DNA from: a virus
Lineage: Duplodnaviria > Heunggongvirae > Uroviricota > Caudoviricetes
Direction: 5' to 3' (one strand)
Virus record (IMG/VR): IMGVR_UViG_2799112330_000002
Coordinates: 346,107-410,106 of that record
DNA: 64,000 bases
The notes under the pieces were generated by a model. The model worked only from the letters and a program-made list of their open reading frames with translations. It was not told the DNA's origin and ran no database searches. Shown in pieces: positions 19,213 through 29,208 of this stretch. A program made the position numbers and the translations under genes. Numbering within the stretch: position 1 is the stretch's first letter; each line of letters begins with the position of its first letter.

Positions 19213-20691
19213 ATGAACTACGAAGAATTTAACAAAGGTTGTTTTGAAGAAGCAAAAAGACTTTATAAAACAGCTAATGCAGATCAAAGATATGTACTTG
19301 AAAAACTTTTCCCAGAACTCAAAGAGTCCGAGGATGAGAGGGTAAAGAAAACATTAATTGAATATTTTAATGCTTATCCTAAAGATTATTATGGGGAACT
19401 TAAAAAGAGTCATATTCTTGCTTGGCTTGAAAAGCAAGCTGAGAATAATAAATGGAAACCATCTAAAGATGAAATGGATGCTTTATATGGATTGGCATAT
19501 ATAACCAATAAAATGGATGACAAAAAAGATGAAGCGATTACAAAATTATATCAAGACTTAAAAAGGGAATTCTTTAATGGAGTTAGTTATGAGAATATGT
19601 TTCCTTCAAGTCCGGTAGATGCTCCAATAATAAATGGAAACCAAGATGAACAGAATCCCCCTGATAATGTTGAACTAAAGTTTAAGGTTCATGATTGGGT
19701 AGTGTTTAATAATAAACATCAATCTACTTATCAAGTAGAAAAAATAGAAGATGGGTATTATATTCTTAGACATACACATGGTGGAACATTTAGAGTATGT
19801 GTACTACATGATGAAAGTCTTAGACTTTGGGATATTACCAAAGATGCAAAGGATGGTGATGTGCTTTCATTTAAGAATGATATATGTGGTATAATTATTT
19901 GTAAATCTCCTACTGATTATGATACAGGAAGTTATTGCAGACTTGTAAATGATAATTTTATAAATATAGAAGAAAGTGGATGGGATTCTACATTACTTGT
20001 TCCAACTACCAGAGAACAGTGTGTTCTTTTATTTGAAAAAATGCATGAAGCAGGATATGAATGGGATGATATGAATAAAAAGTTGAAAAAAATTGAGCAG
20101 GCGTCTGTTGATAAAGTTAAACCTATATTTAATGTTGGTGATAAAATACAACACTTAAAAGATTGTGGGACTATTATGACTATTGAAAAAATAGAAAATG
20201 ATGAATATATATTTGCCAACAACATGGGCCATACTACTATTGAAAACGGAAATAAATGGTATCTTGTAGAGCAGAATCCTATTTGGGGTGAAGAGGATGA
20301 ACATAGGATTAAAGATATTGTTTATTTCCTTGAAACAGCTAAGAAACATTATGCAAGTACGGAAGAATTAGATGCTTGTATTAATTGGCTCAAATCCCTC
20401 AAATATATTAATAAACATTCATATACATTTGATGAAATAGATAAAGAAATATTGAATGCCGCTATTTTATTTGCTATGAATAGTACTGATGAATTTGCTT
20501 GCAATGGTGTAAATAAAGAAGATGTTATTGATTGGCTCAAATCCCTCAGACCTCAGAACCATTGGAAGCCAAGTGATGAGCAGATGAGAATACTTGACCT
20601 TGCAATAAGAGGTGGAATAAACCACGGAACGAGAGAAGAAACTACTCTTGTATCATTACTTAATGATTTAAAGAAACTAAAGGAGGAGTAA
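19213..20691 (+). CDS. family B repeat protein (FPEL(K/T)ESEDE ... LWDI.KDAKDGDVL ... PxT(K/R)EQ..L(F/M).KM.EAGYEWD ... NWLKS(L/I)K)
   Basis: Shares N-terminal, internal and C-terminal blocks with 31029, 32600 and 37220. Confidence 0.55.
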   Translation: MNYEEFNKGCFEEAKRLYKTANADQRYVLEKLFPELKESEDERVKKTLIEYFNAYPKDYYGELKKSHILAWLEKQAENNKWKPSKDEMDALYGLAYITNKMDDKKDEAITKLYQDLKREFFNGVSYENMFPSSPVDAPIINGNQDEQNPPDNVELKFKVHDWVVFNNKHQSTYQVEKIEDGYYILRHTHGGTFRVCVLHDESLRLWDITKDAKDGDVLSFKNDICGIIICKSPTDYDTGSYCRLVNDNFINIEESGWDSTLLVPTTREQCVLLFEKMHEAGYEWDDMNKKLKKIEQASVDKVKPIFNVGDKIQHLKDCGTIMTIEKIENDEYIFANNMGHTTIENGNKWYLVEQNPIWGEEDEHRIKDIVYFLETAKKHYASTEELDACINWLKSLKYINKHSYTFDEIDKEILNAAILFAMNSTDEFACNGVNKEDVIDWLKSLRPQNHWKPSDEQMRILDLAIRGGINHGTREETTLVSLLNDLKKLKEE

Positions 20692-20892
20692 CTATGAAGA
20701 AATACATATCACCAAATACAGAAATAGTAGTATGTGGGCATTCAACAATTCTTACTGCAAGTATCATAGCAAGATGTAATACTTGGTGTAAGATGTGGCA
20801 TATATGTCGTGATAGAGAAAATGGTAAACCTTGTGAAGACTTTATATTAAAATAACTTAAACAATTAAAGAAACTAAAGGAGGAAGAAAATT

Positions 20893-21246
20893 ATGATTAC
20901 CGAAGATTATGTATCTGTTGATGTAGCTAAGCTACTCAAAGAAAAGGGGATGGATAAATCTTATTTCAAACATTATGTACAAAAAAACAATAATGATGGA
21001 ACAAGTGAAGCAGTAATTGTTTGTACTCATCAGGCTGCTATGAAGTGGTTGAGAGAAAAGCACAACATCTGCATCTCCATATATCCTGATAAAGGAAACA
21101 GATATGAAGCGGTTCTTTACAACATTAAAGATGATGTAGAAATTATACTACAATCTTTTGGGATTTATGGTAGTCATATCTTTGAAGATTCTTATGAAGA
21201 AGCTGTTGAAGCTGCATTGAAATATTGTCTTGAAAATTTGATTTAA
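20893..21246 (+). CDS. family C paralog (constant MI(T/K)EDYVS(F/V)(E/D)VAKLLKEKG N-terminus, AMKWLRE core, E(E/Q)A(V/I)EAALKY.LENLI C-terminus)
   Basis: One of four copies. Confidence 0.5.
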   Translation: MITEDYVSVDVAKLLKEKGMDKSYFKHYVQKNNNDGTSEAVIVCTHQAAMKWLREKHNICISIYPDKGNRYEAVLYNIKDDVEIILQSFGIYGSHIFEDSYEEAVEAALKYCLENLI

Positions 21247-21484
21247 TTTTTCTGTATTTGTTTCTATTTTATATTTATAATATAAATAACAAGTTATGGT
21301 TTGTAAGAATATTTCAACACAAATAGAATATAGGTATACATTTGTTGAGAATGGAAATGTAAGACTTGTAGATAAAGATTCAAATGAAATTATTGAGTCT
21401 TATGAGAATTGGTGTGCAGATTATTATATAACAGATAAATGGAGAAATACACCCCGATAATAAAAATACATAAAAATTACATTA

Positions 21485-21916
21485 ATGGAGGTTAAAGACT
21501 TTAGTTTAAAAGATAATGAAATATTGACTGCCAAAGATTTAGAATTGGGAGATTGGGTATATAATGAAAAGAATGAGATATGTAAAGTACATTCAATATC
21601 TCAGATATTTGATTCTAATATTCATCTTGATAATTATTCAAAACCTAATGATGGAACATTTGAGTTTGCTTTTGAAGTCTATCCGATTCCACTTACTGAA
21701 GATATCTTTAATAAGAATTTTAGTGATGATATAATATCTTGGCGTTCTGTAGATTATCCAACAAAATTATTTGTTATTATATATACAGAAGAAGGAACTG
21801 ATGCAAATGATGTAATAATAACAATAGAATACGTTCATGAACTTCAACATTTATTAAGGCTTCTTAAGATTGAAAAGAAAATTGTATTAGATTTTTTAAT
21901 AGACAATAATAATTAA
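21485..21916 (+). CDS. hypothetical protein
   Basis: ORF of 143 aa. Confidence 0.4.
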   Translation: MEVKDFSLKDNEILTAKDLELGDWVYNEKNEICKVHSISQIFDSNIHLDNYSKPNDGTFEFAFEVYPIPLTEDIFNKNFSDDIISWRSVDYPTKLFVIIYTEEGTDANDVIITIEYVHELQHLLRLLKIEKKIVLDFLIDNNN

Positions 21917-21923
21917 TATATAT

Positions 21924-22406
21924 ATGAGTACCAAGAACAAACTACACAAAATTTCAGTAGATTATGATATGAATAAAGATCTATTAGAAGGTGTGCATAA
22001 CTGGTGTTATAATAACATTTCATATACAGACTTAGTAAAAATACTTCGTAAAATTAATACAAATCGTCACAAAATAGTTCATGAGTTCACATTAGAAAAG
22101 AACTATTTGGTCAATGACACTATTGATAATATTATTGAATATCTAAAAGATTTGAAAGAAAAAGGATATGATTCAATTGGAGAAGAATGGTCTGGTTATG
22201 AAGATAATTATTTTGTTGCATATAAGCATGATGATGAAGAAACCGATGAAGAGTATTACAAGAGACTTGCACATGAAGCAGATCATCTATATATAGAATT
22301 GAGAAATAATCTAAAGAAAAAAGAAGAAAAAATCAATGAATTGAATAAGTTAAAAGAACAGATCAAAAATATAGAAAATGAATTATTGAATTATGAGGAA
22401 ATATAA
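21924..22406 (+). CDS. hypothetical protein with coiled-coil C-terminus
   Basis: ORF of 160 aa. Confidence 0.4.
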   Translation: MSTKNKLHKISVDYDMNKDLLEGVHNWCYNNISYTDLVKILRKINTNRHKIVHEFTLEKNYLVNDTIDNIIEYLKDLKEKGYDSIGEEWSGYEDNYFVAYKHDDEETDEEYYKRLAHEADHLYIELRNNLKKKEEKINELNKLKEQIKNIENELLNYEEI

Positions 22407-22552
22407 GACATTTTGTTACCCAGAAAGTGTTATTAGATTTTTGGATGAATTAGAAAACAAGGGAGTTTTACCACAAAATATTCATATTACTGAATCTGAT
22501 AGAATCTTCACCGTTTTCTATAAAGACAAACCAACAAGAACAAATTTATAGA

Positions 22553-22828
22553 ATGATTGATATGAAAGAGAAAATACTTAAAGAAATTGATAGTTTTGTC
22601 AACATATGCTATACAATGCTCAGGATCGGCGCAGGTAATTTTGCTAAAGAGAATTTTCCAAGACTAGTAGAGAATTTCTATGATGAAAACAGATCTGATG
22701 AAGAAAACTATAAAGCAATAAAAGATATGTTTGAATTGAATATTGTATTTAATCAGGAAACCAATGAAGAAGTTGCAAAAACTATTCAAATATTCTTAGA
22801 AGGTTGGTATGACAAAATTAAGATATAA
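22553..22828 (+). CDS. hypothetical protein
   Basis: ORF of 91 aa. Confidence 0.4.
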   Translation: MIDMKEKILKEIDSFVNICYTMLRIGAGNFAKENFPRLVENFYDENRSDEENYKAIKDMFELNIVFNQETNEEVAKTIQIFLEGWYDKIKI

Positions 22829-22833
22829 TTAAT

Positions 22834-22860
22834 CCAGAAATTGAATTTTCTGGATTTTTT
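22834..22860 (+). terminator. hairpin ccagaaa-TTGAATT-ttctgg plus T7; the loop is the -35 box of the next promoter
   Basis: Read from sequence; an identical element occurs at 34521. Confidence 0.5.
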
Positions 22861-22882
22861 TCTATATTATAATATGTAATAT
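22841..22882 (+). promoter_or_regulatory. conserved promoter motif
   Basis: TTGAAT-N16-TCTATATTATAATATGTAAT. Confidence 0.5.
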
Positions 22883-22896
22883 TAACATATTTAATT

Positions 22897-23295
22897 ATGA
22901 TTAAAGAAGACTATGTATCATTTGAAGTAGCCAAATTACTTAAAGAGAAAGGGTTTGATGAATATTGCTTGAAAAATTATTGGAGTTCTGATAAAGAACT
23001 TCATGATTGGAAATGGGAATTAAGCTATAAACGAAATAGTGATGGAAATCGTAATACAAAAGATTGTGCAGCACCAACACTTCAAATGGCAATGAAGTGG
23101 TTGAGGAAGGAACATAACATATTATTATTTCCCCTTCCAGCACAAGAAAATGGAAAACTTGTATATCTTGTAGAAGTTTGGACTTGGAATGAAGAAGAAG
23201 GTATATATGAATGTGCTTATGCTCCTATGCCAAGAAAAGAACCAGAGCAAGCTATTGAAGCTGCTATTAAATATTCACTTGAAAATTTGATTTAA
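22897..23295 (+). CDS. family C paralog
   Basis: MIKEDYVSFEVAKLLKEKGF...AMKWLRKEHNI...EQAIEAAIKYSLENLI. Confidence 0.5.
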   Translation: MIKEDYVSFEVAKLLKEKGFDEYCLKNYWSSDKELHDWKWELSYKRNSDGNRNTKDCAAPTLQMAMKWLRKEHNILLFPLPAQENGKLVYLVEVWTWNEEEGIYECAYAPMPRKEPEQAIEAAIKYSLENLI

Positions 23296-23313
23296 AAAAT
23301 AGGAGAATAGATT

Positions 23314-23502
23314 ATGGCACAAGAAGATAAAGATCTGTGTAAGACATGTGAACATTATTGGAAAGATTTTCCATACCCATTGGAATATGTTGTATCTCAT
23401 TGTGAAATTCTTGATAAAAGGGATGGCTTATCTGCAAATATGAATGAAAAGGTGCCTTATCCTTGTTTGAAATGCCCATTTAATAGTTATAAGAAAAAAT
23501 AA
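23314..23502 (+). CDS. small Cys-rich (CxxC...CxxC) protein
   Basis: CKTCEHYW ... CLKCPF. Confidence 0.35.
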   Translation: MAQEDKDLCKTCEHYWKDFPYPLEYVVSHCEILDKRDGLSANMNEKVPYPCLKCPFNSYKKK

Positions 23503-23506
23503 TTAT

Positions 23507-23902
23507 ATGATTACTGAAGATTATGTATCTTTTGAAGTGGCTAAGCTGCTCAAAGAGAAAGGGTTTTTTAAAGATGTAGATTTGAGAATGATTCAAAATT
23601 TGTCATTTTACGATAATATTGGTTTATCTCATAATCTTAACAAATGGTATGATAGTTTAATTCAAGATAAAATAGATTTTGTAGTTGCTCCAACTCATCA
23701 AATGGCAATGAAATGGCTGAGAGAAGAAAAAAGAACATCAATCATTATTGAATTTGACGTTACAAAAAGAGGATATTGCCCTTATGTTCATCAACTTGAT
23801 TATGATATGGATTGGGTGGTTAAATGGAGAATTAATATTCCGATGAAATATGAAGAAGCTGTTGAAGTTGCACTTAAATATACACTTGAAAATTTGATTT
23901 GA
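23507..23902 (+). CDS. family C paralog
   Basis: MITEDYVSFEVAKLLKEKGF...AMKWLREEK...EEAVEVALKYTLENLI. Confidence 0.5.
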   Translation: MITEDYVSFEVAKLLKEKGFFKDVDLRMIQNLSFYDNIGLSHNLNKWYDSLIQDKIDFVVAPTHQMAMKWLREEKRTSIIIEFDVTKRGYCPYVHQLDYDMDWVVKWRINIPMKYEEAVEVALKYTLENLI

Positions 23903-23908
23903 ATAACT

Positions 23909-24133
23909 ATGGCAACAGGTAGAAGACTATTAGAGGAATCAATGCCTCACAATTATAAGCAAGGATGTCTATATCCTACACACTATTTAGAGACTGAAGA
24001 GAAGCCTTATGGAGGAACAAAGAAACGTAATGTCAGACATGTTCGTAAGATGGGCCAATCAAAAGTCAGAAAACAGTTAAAGAAGGATTTAGAAAAGGAA
24101 TTAGAAAATATTGAAGAGGAGACAAAATTATGA
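23909..24133 (+). CDS. small basic protein
   Basis: Lys/Arg-rich ORF of 74 aa. Confidence 0.35.
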   Translation: MATGRRLLEESMPHNYKQGCLYPTHYLETEEKPYGGTKKRNVRHVRKMGQSKVRKQLKKDLEKELENIEEETKL

Positions 24134-24486
24134 TTAAAGAAGATTTTGTATCTTTCGAAGTGGCTCAGTTGCTAAAAGAGAAAGGACTTAATATGCCACT
24201 TAATAGTAAAGATTGGATATGTTGTATGTATGATGAAAATGGAAATATTCATTGGGGTATGTATGCTGAAAACTGGTATTTTAGAATAACTCATCAAGTA
24301 GCAATGAAATGGTTGAGAGAAGTGCATAATATTAACATTGAAATTAGGTGCTATAAAAACATTGTAGAAGCATTCATTATGACAATTGAAGATCTTCCTA
24401 AATGCTTGGTTAGGGGTATATCATCAAATAAATATGAAGAAACCGTTGAAGCAGCACTAAAACATTGTCTTAAAAATTTGATTTAA
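24130..24486 (+). CDS. family C paralog
   Basis: MIKEDFVSFEVAQLLKEKGL...AMKWLREVHNI...EETVEAALKHCLKNLI. Confidence 0.5.
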   Translation: MIKEDFVSFEVAQLLKEKGLNMPLNSKDWICCMYDENGNIHWGMYAENWYFRITHQVAMKWLREVHNINIEIRCYKNIVEAFIMTIEDLPKCLVRGISSNKYEETVEAALKHCLKNLI

Positions 24487-24503
24487 AAATATAAGGATAA
24501 GTT

Positions 24504-24578
24504 ATGGCAACAATTAAAAGTTATATAGATATAGAACATAGCAAGAAGTTGACAAAGTTTTTTCAAAATTTGATTTGA
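24504..24578 (+). pseudogene. 24-aa remnant carrying the family C C-terminal tail (...KLTKFFQNLI*)
   Basis: DNA ...caaaatttgatttga repeats the 3' end of the family C genes. Confidence 0.3.
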
Positions 24579-24838
24579 ATATGGGAAAGAAAATAATTTT
24601 GTTTGTATTTATACTCTTAGCATTTACCGGGTGTGATGTAACAATGGGACGATTAAATGTGACAAATGGGACTAAATACATAGTTACATCAAAGAAGAAA
24701 AAGGTAGATGATTATTACTATACTTATCATCTTATTAAAGAAGGAGAAGATACACTGTATAATTATCATTATATAGACACTGCTAATTTTAACATTGGGG
24801 ATACGTTAGTTTTAACCATCAAAGTAAAAGGAGAATAA
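24575..24838 (+). CDS. small lipoprotein
   Basis: Signal peptide plus LAFTGC lipobox. Confidence 0.4.
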   Translation: MNMGKKIILFVFILLAFTGCDVTMGRLNVTNGTKYIVTSKKKKVDDYYYTYHLIKEGEDTLYNYHYIDTANFNIGDTLVLTIKVKGE

Positions 24839-24841
24839 GTT

Positions 24842-25273
24842 ATGAAAAGTTATACTGATTTAGATCAAAGTAAGAAGTTGGCAGAGATACTGGCGATTGA
24901 AAGCGCAGATTATCATTATATTGCACAAGGAGAAACAGCATATGTCTATCCATATACTTTGTCAAGTGATGCTATAGAACAATATAAAAATATTAAGTAT
25001 ATTCCTTGTTGGAGTCTTGCTGCATTAATGAATCTATTGCCAAGTGAATTTACAGAAAAAGGTGAATATTCTGAAACTACATATAAAATAGACATTCGTA
25101 AATATGCATTAACCGATGATGTAGATATTTATCAGATTGCGTATGGTAATTATCGTTGGTTTAAAGATGGGAGTAATATATGGGTCGATATGGTTAATAG
25201 TGGTGAAAGAGAAGAGTTAATTGATGCTGTATTCCAAATGATTTGTTGGTTAAAAGAAAATGATAAGTTATGA
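24842..25273 (+). CDS. family D paralog (MK(G/S)YT(N/D)L(E/D)QSKKLAEIL ... WSLAAL(L/M)N ... DA(C/V)..MI.KLKE)
   Basis: One of three tandem copies. Confidence 0.5.
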   Translation: MKSYTDLDQSKKLAEILAIESADYHYIAQGETAYVYPYTLSSDAIEQYKNIKYIPCWSLAALMNLLPSEFTEKGEYSETTYKIDIRKYALTDDVDIYQIAYGNYRWFKDGSNIWVDMVNSGEREELIDAVFQMICWLKENDKL

Positions 25274-25488
25274 TTGATACAGAAGAACTACTAAATAGAT
25301 TATACAAAAGAGCAGAAGAAGGATATTATGATGATAAGCCCGCGTATCAGTTTTCTAAAGATGAACTGAACTTGATGCATTATCTTGGATGGATGGATGA
25401 AGCAAGTTACAATATTAAGAAACAAAAATTAGAACAGAGAATTGATGAGTATTATTGTCTTGAACAACATTATTTATTAGTAATATGA
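25270..25488 (+). CDS. hypothetical protein
   Basis: ORF of 72 aa; overlaps neighbours by 4 nt. Confidence 0.35.
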   Translation: MIDTEELLNRLYKRAEEGYYDDKPAYQFSKDELNLMHYLGWMDEASYNIKKQKLEQRIDEYYCLEQHYLLVI

Positions 25489-25859
25489 AAGGTTATACAA
25501 ATTTAGAACAAAGTAAGAAGTTGGCAGAGATTCTGCCGTTTGAAAGTGCGGATATGCATTGGCAATATATTGAAGAAGATAATGGACAACTACAATGGTT
25601 TTGTTTTCCAAAAGATTTTTCAATTAATCAACATGATACAATTTCAGCTTGGAGTCTTGCAGCATTGCTTAATGTCATTCCTAAGAAAATAAAAGATTTT
25701 AATGTATTGAGAATTGATATAGGTGAAAGTACTTTTGCTATATGGTATGATGAAATTGGGTATGGAGTCAATAGGGAATTACCTGATATAGAAATGAAGG
25801 AACCGGTTGATGCATGTGTTGAAATGATATTGAAATTAAAAGAAAAAAATCAGATATGA
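25485..25859 (+). CDS. family D paralog
   Basis: MKGYTNLEQSKKLAEILPFESADM... Confidence 0.5.
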   Translation: MKGYTNLEQSKKLAEILPFESADMHWQYIEEDNGQLQWFCFPKDFSINQHDTISAWSLAALLNVIPKKIKDFNVLRIDIGESTFAIWYDEIGYGVNRELPDIEMKEPVDACVEMILKLKEKNQI

Positions 25860-26278
25860 AAGGTTATACAAATTTAGAACAAAGCAAAAAGTTGGCAGAG
25901 TTTTTGTCACTTAAAAGTGCAGATATGTGTCTGACTTTTGTAAATAAGGTATGGAATCCTGTATGGGGTAAAGCGGATGATATTTATCAACTTCAAAAAA
26001 AATGTTATGAACCTGATTATACTAAAGATAACTATGTTGATATTGATGAATTTGAACCAAAAGTGGTTCCTTGTTGGAGTCTTGCAGCACTGCTTGGTGT
26101 TTTGCCTGATACTATAACAAGTAATGACGGAATTGCTTTCAAGTTAAATATCAAAAAGAACATTATTGAATATTCCAATCCTCCTTTATATCTTATATAT
26201 AAATCTGTTAAATCAGATAATATTGTTGATGCTTGCTATGAAATGATATTTAAATTACATGAATTAAATTTATTGTAA
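25856..26278 (+). CDS. family D paralog
   Basis: MKGYTNLEQSKKLAEFLSLKSADM... Confidence 0.5.
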   Translation: MKGYTNLEQSKKLAEFLSLKSADMCLTFVNKVWNPVWGKADDIYQLQKKCYEPDYTKDNYVDIDEFEPKVVPCWSLAALLGVLPDTITSNDGIAFKLNIKKNIIEYSNPPLYLIYKSVKSDNIVDACYEMIFKLHELNLL

Positions 26279-26280
26279 CT

Positions 26281-26619
26281 ATGGATAAGAAAGAAATATA
26301 TTTTTGTGTTGATTATTTTAGCAAATATTATTTTCCTTTAGAAGGTATTTGGGATGCTACTAATTATGAAGATACTGAATATGCTATTAAGAATAATATG
26401 CCAATAATTGTAACATATTCTATGGCTCATTTATCTTTTGATCTCATTAATCTTGGATATGACATATATCTTTGCTATAGAGATAAAAAAGTAAAAATTG
26501 AACCTCACATGGATTTATCAGGAATTGGTGAACCCTGTAAAGATCTGAAATTTGGTCATAACATATTCAAATTGTTCAGAGCTGGTGTTTTTAATGAACT
26601 TTTAGGAATTAATGACTAA
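26281..26619 (+). CDS. hypothetical protein
   Basis: ORF of 112 aa. Confidence 0.4.
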   Translation: MDKKEIYFCVDYFSKYYFPLEGIWDATNYEDTEYAIKNNMPIIVTYSMAHLSFDLINLGYDIYLCYRDKKVKIEPHMDLSGIGEPCKDLKFGHNIFKLFRAGVFNELLGIND

Positions 26620-26648
26620 TTATAATAAACTATTGACAGGTAGAGAGT

Positions 26649-26900
26649 ATGAATAAAAAGAAATTTGAAACAAAAGAAGAATATCTTGAATATTGTAAGA
26701 AATATGAGATATTGAACATTCCATCAAACTATGGATCCCAATACACTTATATAAATGAAGGAATAAAAAGAGATACTTATTTTGGTGAACGATATATTTC
26801 TTATGAGCCAAAGTCTTATCCTTGTATTATGATTTGGGAAGATAATGGAGCATCAATTAATGGTGTGTTTGTCTATGAATCTGATTTCAATAATAACTAA
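26649..26900 (+). CDS. hypothetical protein
   Basis: ORF of 83 aa. Confidence 0.4.
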   Translation: MNKKKFETKEEYLEYCKKYEILNIPSNYGSQYTYINEGIKRDTYFGERYISYEPKSYPCIMIWEDNGASINGVFVYESDFNNN

Positions 26901-26930
26901 TATTAATATATATAATTAAAACAAATAATT

Positions 26931-27584
26931 ATGAGTACTTGGACATGGACATTTATTAAGCCTGAATATTTATCAAAGACGGCTATTGAAAACTTATTGA
27001 ATGATGCTATCAAACATTGTGGTGGTATTTATTATGAAAACTATAAAAAGTATGGGTGGGATTATGAATTGAAAGATTGGCTTGATATGCATAAAGAGGA
27101 ATATGATTATTTTGTTAATATATGTGGTGTTCCTGAAGAAAAAATGACTGAAGAATACCTTACTGAAGAGTTGAAGAAAAGAATTGAAAAATGCGAGGAA
27201 TATGTAAAATATTATCAAATGGTTCTTGATGGTAAGATGACATTCAGAGAGATGCTTGAAAAAACAAAAGACAAAAAACAACCATCAAAACCACATTTGA
27301 TGAACTATGGATATAGTCGTGATTTTTATGTTATTGAACGTCATGGGGATATATATGTTAATATAAAATTTGAATGGTGGAGAAACCAAAGAGATTCAGA
27401 AAATGAGTTTTATACTGTAGATAGTCTTATTGAAGAAGTAAAGAAATCAAGATATCTAAGTTATTATGATTATGAACTTGGTGAATATGTTAGTGAAAAT
27501 GAATTGACACCAAAGCTTGAAAAGAAATTACGAGAATATTATGGGGCAATTGGAGACAATAATTTTTACGTTCATTTCGGATAA
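26931..27584 (+). CDS. hypothetical protein (217 aa)
   Basis: ORF. Confidence 0.45.
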   Translation: MSTWTWTFIKPEYLSKTAIENLLNDAIKHCGGIYYENYKKYGWDYELKDWLDMHKEEYDYFVNICGVPEEKMTEEYLTEELKKRIEKCEEYVKYYQMVLDGKMTFREMLEKTKDKKQPSKPHLMNYGYSRDFYVIERHGDIYVNIKFEWWRNQRDSENEFYTVDSLIEEVKKSRYLSYYDYELGEYVSENELTPKLEKKLREYYGAIGDNNFYVHFG

Positions 27585-27631
27585 TATAATATTAAATAAG
27601 TGAATGTCAAATAATTTAATAACTAATTAAT

Positions 27632-27862
27632 ATGGAAACAATCAATTTTTCTTGGAAACCGATAACTGAGATTCCGACAAAACATTGGGCAAATAATTAT
27701 GCAATAAGCCCTTTATATTTAGTACGTTGTGGAGAAAAGGATGGTGTATCTATTCTTGGATATTCTCACTATAGTTTTGCTACAAAAACTTGGATAGATT
27801 GTTTTAACGCAACAGCTGCAGGAGTACATAAAGTTACGGAATGGACAGATATTAAAATATAA
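27632..27862 (+). CDS. hypothetical protein
   Basis: ORF of 76 aa. Confidence 0.35.
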   Translation: METINFSWKPITEIPTKHWANNYAISPLYLVRCGEKDGVSILGYSHYSFATKTWIDCFNATAAGVHKVTEWTDIKI

Positions 27863-28131
27863 TGCCTATGTCACATAAAGATCTATTAATAAGATGTCAT
27901 CATCAAATAGGAAGTTTCAAATATATTATAGTAAAAAGAAAACAAGATAATAAGTTGGTTCCATTACGAGTATATTTGAATGAGGTACAAGCAAATGCAA
28001 CATCTTATGATAAAGATTCTATAGTAGTTTCAGTAAAGTATAAGATTCGCTATTGTGGAAAAACAAAATGGATAAATGAAGATAATATCTATGACACAAA
28101 AGAAGAAGCATATAAAATAATATTAAAATAA
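27862..28131 (+). CDS. hypothetical protein
   Basis: ORF of 89 aa. Confidence 0.35.
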   Translation: MPMSHKDLLIRCHHQIGSFKYIIVKRKQDNKLVPLRVYLNEVQANATSYDKDSIVVSVKYKIRYCGKTKWINEDNIYDTKEEAYKIILK

Positions 28132-28315
28132 TAAATTATGACTGAAGAAGATGTAAGAAAACAAATGCAAGAAGGATTTGCAAAGGTACAACCCAAAGTT
28201 GTGGAAATGACAAATATTATTATGGATGCTTATCAAGAAGGATTCAAAACATGTTTTAAGTTATTAACTGGGCAAGAATTTAATTAAATATAATAAATAT
28301 AATTTTTAATACATT

Positions 28316-28642
28316 ATGATTTATAAAGGAAAAACATATAATACATTTGGCGAAGTATTTAATTTGGGGTTGAAACTCGCTAAGGAAAATAATGAGGAAG
28401 CACAAGAATTCTTCAAAGAGTATATTAAGTATATTGTTACATGTAATAATTGTTCAATAGATGAAGCTACAGAAATTGCTCAGAGAAACTTTGGGTATTT
28501 TGCAGGATATTATAATCAAGATGTATGCGATATTATTTATAAAACTTATGGTACTTCACATCCAATATTTGGAGACAAACCATTTGAAGTGAGTCCTGAG
28601 AAAGCATATCAAACTGGATTAGAAATTGGAAAAAGCCTATGA
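28316..28642 (+). CDS. hypothetical protein
   Basis: ORF of 108 aa. Confidence 0.4.
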   Translation: MIYKGKTYNTFGEVFNLGLKLAKENNEEAQEFFKEYIKYIVTCNNCSIDEATEIAQRNFGYFAGYYNQDVCDIIYKTYGTSHPIFGDKPFEVSPEKAYQTGLEIGKSL

Positions 28643-29058
28643 TTTATATATTATTAAGTATATTTATATTATATACAATTTGTTGTTGTCTTGATGGACC
28701 AGATCTTAAGCCTAAGTGGCAAGATTGGTTAGGTGGCAAATTACATCAATATGGGAATCAATTTGTAAAATACATTCCATATTATCCATTAGATTTTTCT
28801 CCTATGAATGTTAAGATATATGAACAACATATAGAACCTATACAACTAAAAAATAGAAGTTATGTTTCTGAATTTGATTTGTTGCATAATGGTTATAATA
28901 AAGATATATATATGGATCATCTTGTAAAGTCTAGTCATAGGCAATTATTTGATGAAATTGAAAAGAATAATCTTATTACAACAGAAATTATTCAGAATCC
29001 TTATAATCATTCAATAGAAATCGAAAGTAGATTAGAAGTATGTAAAAACGTCATTTAA
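28639..29058 (+). CDS. membrane-anchored hypothetical protein
   Basis: N-terminal hydrophobic segment. Confidence 0.4.
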   Translation: MIYILLSIFILYTICCCLDGPDLKPKWQDWLGGKLHQYGNQFVKYIPYYPLDFSPMNVKIYEQHIEPIQLKNRSYVSEFDLLHNGYNKDIYMDHLVKSSHRQLFDEIEKNNLITTEIIQNPYNHSIEIESRLEVCKNVI

Positions 29059-29208
29059 ACAAAATATTATTATGAAAAGTTGGACAGCATCAGATCATGG
29101 AAAGGTTGAAGAAATTAAGATTGCTCTTCTACAACTTGAAAAAGAACATCTTATTTCATATAGTGAGGAAATGGAATGGTTAGATAATCTTAAATACAGA
29201 GAATAATT

